From: a virus
Virus record (IMG/VR): IMGVR_UViG_3300046333_000090
Length of the DNA: 64,000 nucleotides
Reading direction: 5' to 3' (one strand)
Made by a program: the position numbers and the translations under genes. The notes under the pieces were generated by a model. It ran no database searches and was not told the origin of the DNA. It saw only the letters and a program-made list of their open reading frames with translations. Positions 38,073-47,909 of this stretch are shown here, piece after piece. How positions within the stretch are numbered: position 1 is the stretch's first letter; each line of letters starts with the position of its first letter.

Positions 38073-38513
38073 TTATACTCCTAATTCTTGTTCTGTAATT
38101 ATTTTAAATTCCATATTTTTGGATCTACCGTACTCTTTTGCTGCATTCCATTTAGCTATATTTTTATTATATAATACTAATGATTCGACATAACTTTTGG
38201 ATATTCGTTTTGGCTTCTTAGGTGGCAAAGTTTGGTTCAAAGGCTTCACTTCGATCAGTATTAATTTTTCGATGCCATCTTTGGTTAATATTTTTATTAG
38301 GAAATCTACATAATAATTATGCGGAGTATTATTCTCGTCCAAATATGGGATCTTTACCCCTTCAGAATTCCAACTTAATACATTTGGGTTAGTATCACAT
38401 AAAACGCAGAACTTTCGCTCCCAGCTTGATCTGCATTTGATCGATTTTGTACCTACATACTTTTCTGGGTGTTTTGGTACATATATGGATTGGTGATAGT
38501 GCTTCCGACTCAT
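38073..38513 (-). CDS. 4: head completion nuclease (T4 gp4)
   Basis: PKHPEKYVG, RSSWE, YYVDF, IEVKP, KWNAA and ITE.ELG. Confidence 0.9.
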   Translation of the reverse strand: MSRKHYHQSIYVPKHPEKYVGTKSIKCRSSWERKFCVLCDTNPNVLSWNSEGVKIPYLDENNTPHNYYVDFLIKILTKDGIEKLILIEVKPLNQTLPPKKPKRISKSYVESLVLYNKNIAKWNAAKEYGRSKNMEFKIITEQELGV

Positions 38514-38572
38514 TTTTCTGACAAATATTAATATAAAAAAAGGAAAAATTTGGAAACATGTAATAGTTTAAA

Positions 38573-39457
38573 TTACTTTTGAAACCATTGTACTAAAGGC
38601 AACATTACAGCAACTCTTATCTCACTAGCGTCAATAGTATAAAGTGGCGATCTCAAATATTTTTGATCTAGCAAATACGTGTGCCACATGTCATCTGGGA
38701 ATGGAATATTAGTATTTCCAGATTCAATCTCATCAATCAGGTCAAATGCTATATTATTACTCACTGCCCAATGGAAGTTAATTCCAGTGAACCTATCGCC
38801 GTCAACAGAAGTTACATATACTAAAGGAGAACGATCAAATTTTGGTAGAGTATTCCAGTTTTTGGCAAAATATCTAAAACTCATATAACTACCTACTACT
38901 GGGCGATCATAGATGATTCTTCTATTATTCTCTACATATGATCTAGTGGTAGATAATCCACTATATTGATTAAATGCCCGACGATAGGCAAAAATATCAT
39001 TAGCTGGACTGATATTTTTCACAAAGGTGAATATATTTTTTTCTGTTCTTTGAGAAGGAGGTGCTAGTCGTTCGGCTTCTTTTTCTTCTCTTTTTTTCTC
39101 TCTTTTGTAAAAGTTTTGAATATTTGTAAATTCTGCACTTTTTTGAGCATAAGTTTTGCTATCTTTATCTTTTTCTACGTCTCGATCTACTTTTAATTTA
39201 TCCTTTCGTTCTTTTCTGAAGCCATCAATAATATCTTTGACCCCTTTAGCCTTTTCTTGATATGTAGCATTATCAAGGAATGATTCTTCCTCTGTGGAAT
39301 TCATACCCTTGATAATCTGATCGACCATATCAATTTTTTGTCTATAAGTATATCGCTTAGTCGGGTCGAACGCATTCATCACTGCATCGTCTGTTTCTAA
39401 TTTTGCTCTGATTCTTGCTCTAGCATCTGCCAATTGTCTATTATTGAGTTTAGCCAT
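38573..39457 (-). CDS. 2: DNA end protector-like protein (T4 gp2-like) with N-terminal extension
   Basis: F.Y.AK...FDRSPLV...FTGINFH..HTYL; adjacent to gene 4. Confidence 0.6.
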   Translation of the reverse strand: MAKLNNRQLADARARIRAKLETDDAVMNAFDPTKRYTYRQKIDMVDQIIKGMNSTEEESFLDNATYQEKAKGVKDIIDGFRKERKDKLKVDRDVEKDKDSKTYAQKSAEFTNIQNFYKREKKREEKEAERLAPPSQRTEKNIFTFVKNISPANDIFAYRRAFNQYSGLSTTRSYVENNRRIIYDRPVVGSYMSFRYFAKNWNTLPKFDRSPLVYVTSVDGDRFTGINFHWAVSNNIAFDLIDEIESGNTNIPFPDDMWHTYLLDQKYLRSPLYTIDASEIRVAVMLPLVQWFQK

Positions 39458-39458
39458 T

Positions 39459-40181
39459 TTATGATATTACCTCTAGTTCTGGTTTAAGATTACTATTGCT
39501 AGAATATAGTGGATATTCGTATTTGAATGTAACAGACACTCTATTCAATTGACTACTTCCACTATTTAATGGAATAGAACTAATAGTTGTAGGATAAGCA
39601 TTGTGTAATATTGTAGTATACTTTAACACATTATTAGGCATAGTTGATTTAGGACTACCAGGGATTACTGGAACTGTAGGTATAGCATTTTTCGTCGGTA
39701 TTATTATTTTTCCATTACCATATCTTTCGTACTTTTCAATGGTGATATTTGACACATACTCATCTCGATAACGCAGTCTCATTCTCCTAAAACTAGTGGG
39801 TTGATTGGATATTGGTTTTATAAATTCTATCCATTTGTCAAATATTTTTTTCTGAGATAGATAGGCATCCAATATGAATGTAATGCTTATTTCTGGATAT
39901 ACTATATCAGTGGCATAACTGTATGCGGGGGAATTATTTATTTTGTATGTACTAGTAGTCACTTGTTCTCCTGGTAATGTCACTTCATCTGTATAGAATT
40001 GAAGCCACTGGCTTGGGTTATATGTTAGCGTATCGGTTGCAAATTGTGTTTTAAGATTTTTAAATAAACTGGAAGAATTAGTTTCTTCTATTCTCCCGAA
40101 GTTAATGTCGTATATATTCGATGAAGATATTCCATTTTCTTGAATTAAATTTTGAAACGACGCGAAGGTGGGATATGCCAT
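39459..40181 (-). CDS. tail tube initiator / gp54-gp19 family protein
   Basis: VTLPG, ITF..D, FDKW, AYPT.I..I.L and VTFKY. Confidence 0.7.
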   Translation of the reverse strand: MAYPTFASFQNLIQENGISSSNIYDINFGRIEETNSSSLFKNLKTQFATDTLTYNPSQWLQFYTDEVTLPGEQVTTSTYKINNSPAYSYATDIVYPEISITFILDAYLSQKKIFDKWIEFIKPISNQPTSFRRMRLRYRDEYVSNITIEKYERYGNGKIIIPTKNAIPTVPVIPGSPKSTMPNNVLKYTTILHNAYPTTISSIPLNSGSSQLNRVSVTFKYEYPLYSSNSNLKPELEVIS

Positions 40182-40258
40182 AGAATGATGTTATATAATC
40201 TATTGGTATTTATTCAATAACTGTGCTATATTGATTAAATATTTTATATTATTGTAAT

Positions 40259-40614
40259 ATGAGACATTTCAATTCGATGCTCAATCTTTGGCAATTTGAT
40301 CGACCTCACCATGATTCAATGTATGTCAAACTATTAGTGGTAATAGCTATTTAATACAAATTTGTTTACCAAGAATAAATAAACTTGTAAGTTTTGGTTC
40401 TAAAGATCTTAACTACCTTCAAAATCTGCATTACCAATTTGCTACTAAATCAGGATTAGTTACTTCTGAACGATATCTCCAAGAACTACCAAACTGGCTA
40501 CCTGACCATAATATCCAATTTACTCCAAAACATCAGAACAAACTAGAACAATTGATTGAAGCGCACATAGTAAATCAACTTATGTGGGATAAGCCAATTA
40601 TCCTCACTAAATAA
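40259..40614 (+). pseudogene. internally deleted, frameshifted HNH-family copy
   Basis: N-terminus MRHFNSMLNLWQFDRPHH is joined out of frame to the conserved C-terminus (YLQNLHYQF..KSGLV..ERYL...WDKPI); the HNH motif is missing. Confidence 0.8.
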
Positions 40615-40643
40615 TAAATATATTAAATTTAATAATTTAACTG

Positions 40644-41369
40644 ATGAAACTCCCACAAATTGCATACCAGACTTACGAGATGACCTCCGCTATCTCTAAA
40701 AATAAAATTAAATATCGTCCATTTTTGACTGGGGAAGAAAAAATATTATATTTAGCACAAAAAACTGGAGATAATAAACAGATCAAAGATGCGGTGATTC
40801 AAGTTTTGAATAATTGTATCATCACCCCAGGAGTGATTGCGGAAGAATTGTCTGTATTTGATTTGGAGAAACTGTTGTTATCGGTTCGGGCAAAGGCTGT
40901 TGGTGAAGTAATTGATGTACAGATTCCCTGCGATTTAGAACCAGAGGATAATGGTCAACCAGTATATGTGCCAGTTAAGATCAACATCGAAGATATCCTA
41001 GTACATATTCCCCCAGATCATACAAATAAAATAGAAGTTAATGAAAATACTACATTAGTGATGAAATATCCAGGGTTGGATGATTTTTTGTTGGATAACT
41101 TTATTGATGAAGATAGTCAAAAAAATATGTTTGAAATTACCTTATTGTGCTTGGATAAATTAGTAGTAGGAGATGAGATATATGATTTTAATGATGCGTC
41201 TGATGACGATTTGAATGGATTTTTAGACAGTATGCCAACTAAAATATTTGATAAAATTACTAACTTTTTCACCAACCCGCCGAAATTATATCATGATGTA
41301 GTTGTTTATCACCCTGTTTCGGGCAATATTACAAAATTGCGTTTAGAGGGTATACAAGCTTTTTTTTAA
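40644..41369 (+). CDS. 26: baseplate hub subunit / tail assembly chaperone (annotated gp26 in T4-like phages)
   Basis: KLP, YRPFL.GEEK.L, FDLE..LL..RAKAVGE, MKYP and LEGIQAFF. Confidence 0.85.
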   Translation: MKLPQIAYQTYEMTSAISKNKIKYRPFLTGEEKILYLAQKTGDNKQIKDAVIQVLNNCIITPGVIAEELSVFDLEKLLLSVRAKAVGEVIDVQIPCDLEPEDNGQPVYVPVKINIEDILVHIPPDHTNKIEVNENTTLVMKYPGLDDFLLDNFIDEDSQKNMFEITLLCLDKLVVGDEIYDFNDASDDDLNGFLDSMPTKIFDKITNFFTNPPKLYHDVVVYHPVSGNITKLRLEGIQAFF

Positions 41370-41551
41370 TCGCATTTGGTTATAATAGTTTAGAAAATAT
41401 TTTCCAGAGAAATTTTGATTTGTTATATATACATAAAATCTCAGCGGAATTTGTTGAATTTAGTGTCCCTTGGGAATTAGATGTCCATATGCAGAGGATC
41501 GCACAATATCAAGATGACCTAAAATATCAAAGAGATACTGCTAATAATTAA
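41360..41551 (+). CDS. 51: gp51-like hub assembly protein in the -1 frame, with no own start codon
   Basis: FLIAFGYNSLENIFQRNFDLLYIHKISAEFVEFSVPWELDVHM begins at a T8 run. Confidence 0.65.
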   Translation, partial: FFLIAFGYNSLENIFQRNFDLLYIHKISAEFVEFSVPWELDVHMQRIAQYQDDLKYQRDTANN

Positions 41552-41640
41552 ATTTAATCCCCCTCTAATTAATTAGAGGGGGATTATCATATTTATGATT
41601 TTCGTGCGTTGAGGGGCATATTAACGGCATCTGAGATTAT
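41547..41640 (-). repeat. dispersed cassette, minus orientation
   Basis: Palindrome, AATCCCCCTCTAAT/ATTAGAGGGGGATT hairpin and CATATTTATGATTTTCGTGCGTTGAGGGGCAT. Confidence 0.82.
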
Positions 41641-41641
41641 A

Positions 41642-44341
41642 CTAGACGAAAATACTGTCCGTAACATCTCCACGTATACTAGATATTGCCGTGAATCTGT
41701 GCAAATCAGAGGAAAAATTGAAATTTGCGGTGGAATACACAGTTTTATTAGCAGTATTGATGACATCACCTCCGATGATTGTATTGCTGTTTATTGGATT
41801 CGCAGATAGCGTAGGGAGTGGAGTAACTTTAGGGACAGTTTTGTATGGTGTATTGGGTGTTGAAAGTGGGGTAACTTTAGGGACAGGGTTATATGATGGA
41901 GAATTGAATGTGGGGGGGGTTGGGACTGGTGTATATACTGGGGATATATTTTTTAATTTAGTGCTCTTTTTCTTACCACTGCCACTATTAGGAGTCATAC
42001 TTTTCTTGCCAGTACCACTGCTATCTGGATTATCCATTATAGTTTCCATATTTACATTAGGTAGTGGAGTTACTTTCGGAACAGGATTATATCCACTGGG
42101 AGTATCTTTGTATGTTAATTTGTTTTGTTCTGGAATAGGTTCTATATCTTTACCTTTACCTAACCCCAACATTTGTGTAAGAGTAGTAAATGCCCCACCT
42201 ACTTTTCCATAATCAATATTGCGTGTAGTAGCTACTGGAGCAACAGGAGTAGGAGTAGTATTTGTAGGATTTGTAGTAGGGGTACCGAGAGCAGTATTAT
42301 TATTATTATCTAATAATCTTACGGCTTGGGCAAATTTTAATACTTCGCCATTTTTGCCATTACTGCCACTAGTTCCTGTATTTATTCTGGTTCCAACTTT
42401 TTTACTATGGTGCCAATATCTCCCATCTCCCAAATATATGCCAACGTGGGTTATTTCTCCATCATTTTTTATTCCATTTATACCAGCATAGGTATCTTTC
42501 CACTGAACAATATCCCCACGTTTTATTTTAGCTTTATCATATATTATCTGATTTGGGGCACCAAAACTGTTTGCTCTTGCCGGATTAGTTTGTTTTCCTA
42601 TACCCGTAAGGGCAAAATCTGCTGGAGTATCTGTTATTCCCATATCAATATTTAATTTTTTTCCTATATTTCTGACGGAATTTGCACATTGTACTGGTAT
42701 GCCTTTATATAATCCTAAAGTTTTTTCCGCAGTACTAGCAATTTTTTCATTTATATCAGATACTACCCCCCCCTTACTATATCCATTTACCCCCATACTT
42801 CCATCAGTTTCTAATACATTACTCGCCATATTAGGTACATCATATCCCTTATCAATAGCTTCCTTTATCCTAATACTGGTTAAATTTTTATTGGTCTTGG
42901 TGGCTGGAGTATCATATGGAATTACAAAACTACTGTCATTGGTTTTATGCTTACTCACGTATTCGCTACCATGTCCAATAAAACTAGTACTTTTGCCCCC
43001 ATTTAATGATACCGGATATCCATTATAACTACCACTAATCCAACCACTACCTTTACCAGATACACTACCACCAATAGACTTAGTGGGTAATGGTGTGTCA
43101 CTTGGAATTTTACTAATAAAGGCATTTAATATATCTGCTAATAATCCTCTAACTGTTGTGTCATTAGAACTTTGGAATGTACCTTCTCCGCCTACACTAT
43201 CTATATTGGGATTAGATGTACCTATTATCTTATCTAAACTGTGATTATTGTTTGTAGATGGACTGATTTTTCCTAGGTGCAGTTCAGTTTTTGTATCTCC
43301 TATGGGAACATCAAACATCTTCCCTATGCTATTGATTAGTGGAAATAATGTGTTACTAGAATCTGGATTGTCTTTCATGGAAGATTTCAATATACCAACA
43401 ATGCTACTTCCTATAATAGAAAATGGCAATTTCATTAAATCATGAAATTTTGGTGCGATGCTTTTTATATCCTTATTAAAAGTTTCATTATTAGTGACTC
43501 CAGTTAATAATGAATTTAATGGTTTAATATTATTTTTTTGTGATGTATTTTCTACCACTCCACCTTTGGCGAGTTTTGGTAAATTTGGATTTATATCTTT
43601 TTTAGTGGAGTCGGGGTTAGTTAGATTAACTAATGATTGTGGTTGAACTGGTGTTTCTGGTACAGTTGGTTGACTAAAAATTTCTGGGTTTGGTTCAGAT
43701 TTTTGTGTTGGTGCTAGATCAGTTACACCTTGTTTTATCGTTTTGTTCGCAGCTTCTACTGATTTTTCTGCAACACCACCTAAATTTTTATTGATTCCTT
43801 CTAATAATCCATTAAACGCTTTACTTATAGTTTTTGGTGTGTCTGTTATTATCTTACCAATGCTATATAAAGGAGAAACCAATACTTTAATAAATCCGAC
43901 TGTACCATTAAAAAAATCTCCAAATACTTTACCAAGCTTGAGTAGATTAGATATACTACCTCCTACCCACCAAAACACCCCATCAACAAAATTTAATATA
44001 AACTTGCCGATGTTATAAAATCCCTTCAGGATATTAGCTAGTTTTTTTGTATTTTTTGGATTTGCGACCCATTCTGCAATTTTATATGCCGCAAATAGTG
44101 TTCCAATTTTTCCGATAAAGTTTAGGAAGTCACTAATTATCCCTCCCGATTTTTTTGATTCTCTGTCGTACTTTGTGTTGTACGTTTGTTTTGCAATATT
44201 TTCTTCTTTTTCTGCGGTTTTGCTTTGGTATTTTTCCTTTTTTTTATTTCTGTATTCGTAATCTTTTTGTTCAAGTGATATTAGTTTATCAATATTTTTA
44301 TTTAATTTTTCTATCTGTGGTATACTGATGTTAATGGACAT
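41642..44341 (-). CDS. tape-measure/hub-like virion protein with NlpC/P60 hydrolase domain
   Basis: Helical G/hydrophobic N-terminus; QCANSV...RGDIVQW...ITHVGIYLGDG; late promoter at 44369-44376. Confidence 0.7.
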   Translation of the reverse strand: MSINISIPQIEKLNKNIDKLISLEQKDYEYRNKKKEKYQSKTAEKEENIAKQTYNTKYDRESKKSGGIISDFLNFIGKIGTLFAAYKIAEWVANPKNTKKLANILKGFYNIGKFILNFVDGVFWWVGGSISNLLKLGKVFGDFFNGTVGFIKVLVSPLYSIGKIITDTPKTISKAFNGLLEGINKNLGGVAEKSVEAANKTIKQGVTDLAPTQKSEPNPEIFSQPTVPETPVQPQSLVNLTNPDSTKKDINPNLPKLAKGGVVENTSQKNNIKPLNSLLTGVTNNETFNKDIKSIAPKFHDLMKLPFSIIGSSIVGILKSSMKDNPDSSNTLFPLINSIGKMFDVPIGDTKTELHLGKISPSTNNNHSLDKIIGTSNPNIDSVGGEGTFQSSNDTTVRGLLADILNAFISKIPSDTPLPTKSIGGSVSGKGSGWISGSYNGYPVSLNGGKSTSFIGHGSEYVSKHKTNDSSFVIPYDTPATKTNKNLTSIRIKEAIDKGYDVPNMASNVLETDGSMGVNGYSKGGVVSDINEKIASTAEKTLGLYKGIPVQCANSVRNIGKKLNIDMGITDTPADFALTGIGKQTNPARANSFGAPNQIIYDKAKIKRGDIVQWKDTYAGINGIKNDGEITHVGIYLGDGRYWHHSKKVGTRINTGTSGSNGKNGEVLKFAQAVRLLDNNNNTALGTPTTNPTNTTPTPVAPVATTRNIDYGKVGGAFTTLTQMLGLGKGKDIEPIPEQNKLTYKDTPSGYNPVPKVTPLPNVNMETIMDNPDSSGTGKKSMTPNSGSGKKKSTKLKNISPVYTPVPTPPTFNSPSYNPVPKVTPLSTPNTPYKTVPKVTPLPTLSANPINSNTIIGGDVINTANKTVYSTANFNFSSDLHRFTAISSIRGDVTDSIFV

Positions 44342-44425
44342 TTTATTAAATTTAATAATTTATACCAATATTTATAATAATAGTCTATTTTCTAAATATT
44401 GATATCAAGCATTAAATTTAATAAA

Positions 44426-47284
44426 ATGTTATTTTCCGCAATCAATACAAAATTTGATAGATTAGTCAAGATCAAAGAAAAACAAATAAAATTAAATCTA
44501 TATCGACAAGAAAAATATCAGATAGAGCAAGAAGAACAAAAAAAAGTAGTAACTATAACAAAGATAAAGCGAAATGGATTCAGAGAATCATTATTAGATA
44601 AAATAATTAAATTTGGTGTGATGTATGGTGCAGTTAAAGTCGCACAATTTGTAGCAGACAAGAAAAATATTGGAACAGTTGCAGGAATATTGAAAACAGC
44701 TAAGGGGTTGTTTGATGTAGCAACCGCAGTGGGAGAATTTGGTGCGGGGAATTTGATGGATGGATTAAGCAAAGTAGCAGGTGATAAAACAATATTAGCT
44801 AAATTTTCTGGAGGTATACAGGCGGCAGTAGGATTTATCTCACTCAGATGGTTAATAAACCCATTCAAAATAATTAGTGATATCAAATCTTTACCTTCTT
44901 TGTTAGGTAAAGTTAATCGTGCTGCTAAATTTTTGAGTATGAGTTTATCGGATTTAGCAAGTTGGTCAAAAATATTTGTCAAAGGATTGTTTAAAGGTAT
45001 AGATCAATTTTTTAGTAGAGCAATATTAAAGGTATTTGGTAAACCAATTTGGAGTTATTTGCGTAGATTGGTGAATGGATTATATAAAACTGTGGGAGGA
45101 GCAGTAGGTGGTGTGATTGGTAAAGCAAGTGCTGGAGTTGGGCAATTAGCAAGTAAATTTATACCTAAAGCAGTAATCCGAGCAGCCGGATCATTTTTAA
45201 CTAAAATTCCAATAGTAGGTTCATTATTAGGATTCGGGATAAATTTAATATTGGGAGATCCCATACAAAAAGCCGCATTTAAACTAGGAACATCTACAGC
45301 AGGTGCAGCATTAGGTGGAGCAGTGGGGTTAGCATTTCCTCCAGCAATACCATTTACCGCAGCTATAGGTGGATTTTTGGGGGATTGGTTAGGCGATACA
45401 TTGTATGATAAATTTATCCCACCAAAGTTAGCATTAGGTGGTGTGGTATCCCATACTTCTAAGAAAGGGACTCATGTAATCGTAGCAGAAAATGAGGATG
45501 AGGTAGTTATTCCACTATCAATGCTGACAATGAATAATGATATTGGTGCTAAATTATTTGAACCGATTAAACTAGTTGCATCAAATATTTTGGGTGCTAT
45601 TGATTCGGTAATTGATAAAAATGACACTATATATGGTAATATAAGTTCTGATATTACTAATTCTTTAGTAACATTGACAAATACATTTGGTTCTGCTACA
45701 GTAGTTAGTAAGTCTATAACCTCACCATATATCGATACAAATAATAATGAAGTAAATAATTCAAAATCAACTAACACAAATTCAGACATATTTGGTACAG
45801 AAAATATAAACCAAGTTTCTCAATCAGACACATTAAGTACTATAAATAATAATACCAGTGTCAGAGGATTATTACGTTCAATATTGGATGTAATGGTAAA
45901 TACTGATGCTATAGGAGGAAATTTTATGAATATTAGTCCGGCTGGTGGTATTACTCCACCTCCAGCAATAGTCCAAAGTTATTCGGCTAGTGCAGATGTA
46001 CCAGGTACATTAATTGCTACTGGTAGAGCAACATATTATGATCCATATGACCCCACCGATAAAACTTCTGGAGGGAAAAAATTATCTACGGGGGGGTATT
46101 ATAGTCGTACGGAATTTGAGGGTGCCGTATTCCCAGATCTCATATTGAGATTACCAGAAAGATATACTGCGCGTACCAATGAACGACCAGCATATTTTAG
46201 AGGTAAGACTATCAAAAAGCCTTTTATGGTTAAATTGGTACATAAGAAAACTGGTAAACAGGCGTATGTTAAGATAAACGATGTCGGTATTGGTAAGAAG
46301 GGAGATACTAGTAGACTAATTGACATGAATAGTACCACCAAACAATATTTTGGTGGAGATAGTGGGGGGATAGAAGTATATTTGGCACCAGATGATGCTA
46401 AACCTGGTGCATTACCAGATCTGCCAAAATTTGAACAAGGTGGAGAATATGTATATAATGAATTACCACATAAAAGATGGGCGGGAAAAAGGCGCGCAGG
46501 GAGAAAACATGCAGGCGAAGATATTGCTATGCGTACCGATGGAACATTCCAGAGTTTTGTTGGTGGTAAAGTGATGTTCAAGGGATTCCAAGCTGGTAAG
46601 AATAAATATGGTCATTATATCGATATATATAATGACAAATTGAAGGTTACAGAAAGAATCGCAGAAGCTGGTCAATTTTTTGTGAAGCCAGGAGATTTAG
46701 TAAAACCTGGACAAATAGTATCTACTGGGACAAGTACTGGGATGATCCACTACGAAATAAGACCAACTCCAAAATACACTATTCCACAATATTATTTTGC
46801 AGGCACCGTCGATCCAGTAAAATATCTACAATCTGTTGGGGCATTGACAATTGCTAGTAACACTATTAAAAATAATGGTCTACAGTCTTTATTGGATGGG
46901 ACTACCCTTACTGCTAACATGGATAGTAGTACTGTTATGGCTACTCCTGGTGCGACTGCTTCTACTGCCAACATGGATAGTAGTACTGTTATGGCTACTC
47001 CTGGTGCGACTACTTCTACTGCTGCTACGGCACCAAAGCCGATCCCAATTGACTATAGTAAGATCGGCAAAGCATTTACCGATCTTACGCAAATGCTGGG
47101 GGTGAATAGTACTCAGCAGGTAGCCGCACAACCGAAGGCAAACAACAAATCTACCACTGCCAATAAAAACCTGATTAACAATATTAATTTGATCAGATCT
47201 GGCAACAGTGCTAATGTGATCACGGTGGAACAGAAAATAATTACACCCACTAAACAACCGGACGCGCGATTAAGAAGTCTTTAG
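44426..47284 (+). CDS. tape-measure/hub-like virion protein with RlpA/DPBB-like and M23 peptidase domains
   Basis: GRATYY...VKINDVG...RLIDM; HAGED...YGHYI...IHYE; paralog of 41642-44341; start uncertain. Confidence 0.72.
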   Translation: MLFSAINTKFDRLVKIKEKQIKLNLYRQEKYQIEQEEQKKVVTITKIKRNGFRESLLDKIIKFGVMYGAVKVAQFVADKKNIGTVAGILKTAKGLFDVATAVGEFGAGNLMDGLSKVAGDKTILAKFSGGIQAAVGFISLRWLINPFKIISDIKSLPSLLGKVNRAAKFLSMSLSDLASWSKIFVKGLFKGIDQFFSRAILKVFGKPIWSYLRRLVNGLYKTVGGAVGGVIGKASAGVGQLASKFIPKAVIRAAGSFLTKIPIVGSLLGFGINLILGDPIQKAAFKLGTSTAGAALGGAVGLAFPPAIPFTAAIGGFLGDWLGDTLYDKFIPPKLALGGVVSHTSKKGTHVIVAENEDEVVIPLSMLTMNNDIGAKLFEPIKLVASNILGAIDSVIDKNDTIYGNISSDITNSLVTLTNTFGSATVVSKSITSPYIDTNNNEVNNSKSTNTNSDIFGTENINQVSQSDTLSTINNNTSVRGLLRSILDVMVNTDAIGGNFMNISPAGGITPPPAIVQSYSASADVPGTLIATGRATYYDPYDPTDKTSGGKKLSTGGYYSRTEFEGAVFPDLILRLPERYTARTNERPAYFRGKTIKKPFMVKLVHKKTGKQAYVKINDVGIGKKGDTSRLIDMNSTTKQYFGGDSGGIEVYLAPDDAKPGALPDLPKFEQGGEYVYNELPHKRWAGKRRAGRKHAGEDIAMRTDGTFQSFVGGKVMFKGFQAGKNKYGHYIDIYNDKLKVTERIAEAGQFFVKPGDLVKPGQIVSTGTSTGMIHYEIRPTPKYTIPQYYFAGTVDPVKYLQSVGALTIASNTIKNNGLQSLLDGTTLTANMDSSTVMATPGATASTANMDSSTVMATPGATTSTAATAPKPIPIDYSKIGKAFTDLTQMLGVNSTQQVAAQPKANNKSTTANKNLINNINLIRSGNSANVITVEQKIITPTKQPDARLRSL
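46910..47017 (+). repeat. 54-bp in-frame tandem duplication
   Basis: TANMDSSTVMATPGAT(A/T)S occurs twice. Confidence 0.9.
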
Positions 47285-47315
47285 TTGACAGCCACATTCA
47301 TATATGATATAGTTA

Positions 47316-47684
47316 ATGGAGAAAGTAAATCGAAACAATACCCACATGAAGACCATTAAATATCAGCAACTCGTTAGTGCCCATATCGATTATCTAGATT
47401 CAAATGTATATGATGTAGCACCAGAACTACTTTTTTCATTCAAACCAAAAATGAAAAAAGTAACTTGCAATATGTATGTTCAAAAATTCCCAGAACAAGA
47501 TGATATGTTTAAATCTTATCAAATAGTGGTATCTGGTGAGATTATTATGGGAACTAAGAATTGGTTAGAAAAATACCCATCTAGCAGTTATTTTTTAGAA
47601 TTGCATGTATTACCAGAATACAATGATAAAATTCAATGTGATTTTGATGATAATGAGGAGGAACTAAAGACAGAAATAGTGTAG
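47316..47684 (+). CDS. hypothetical protein
   Basis: Follows TTGACA-N17-TATAGT. Confidence 0.55.
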   Translation: MEKVNRNNTHMKTIKYQQLVSAHIDYLDSNVYDVAPELLFSFKPKMKKVTCNMYVQKFPEQDDMFKSYQIVVSGEIIMGTKNWLEKYPSSSYFLELHVLPEYNDKIQCDFDDNEEELKTEIV

Positions 47685-47909
47685 ATATCAGATTAGAGGC
47701 ATCAAACAGATGTCTCTAAATTTTTATCAAATTAATAAACTTGCAAATAACATATGATTCGGTAATTTATTATATGTTTCCAAGACAATATAATATGTTT
47801 GGCAAACCTAATTATATAACTGCCTATCTAGATTATTATGAGTAATTTAATATGATTCACGATATAGTCCTACTCATAAATATTAGTAGGACTATTAAAT
47901 TTAATAATT

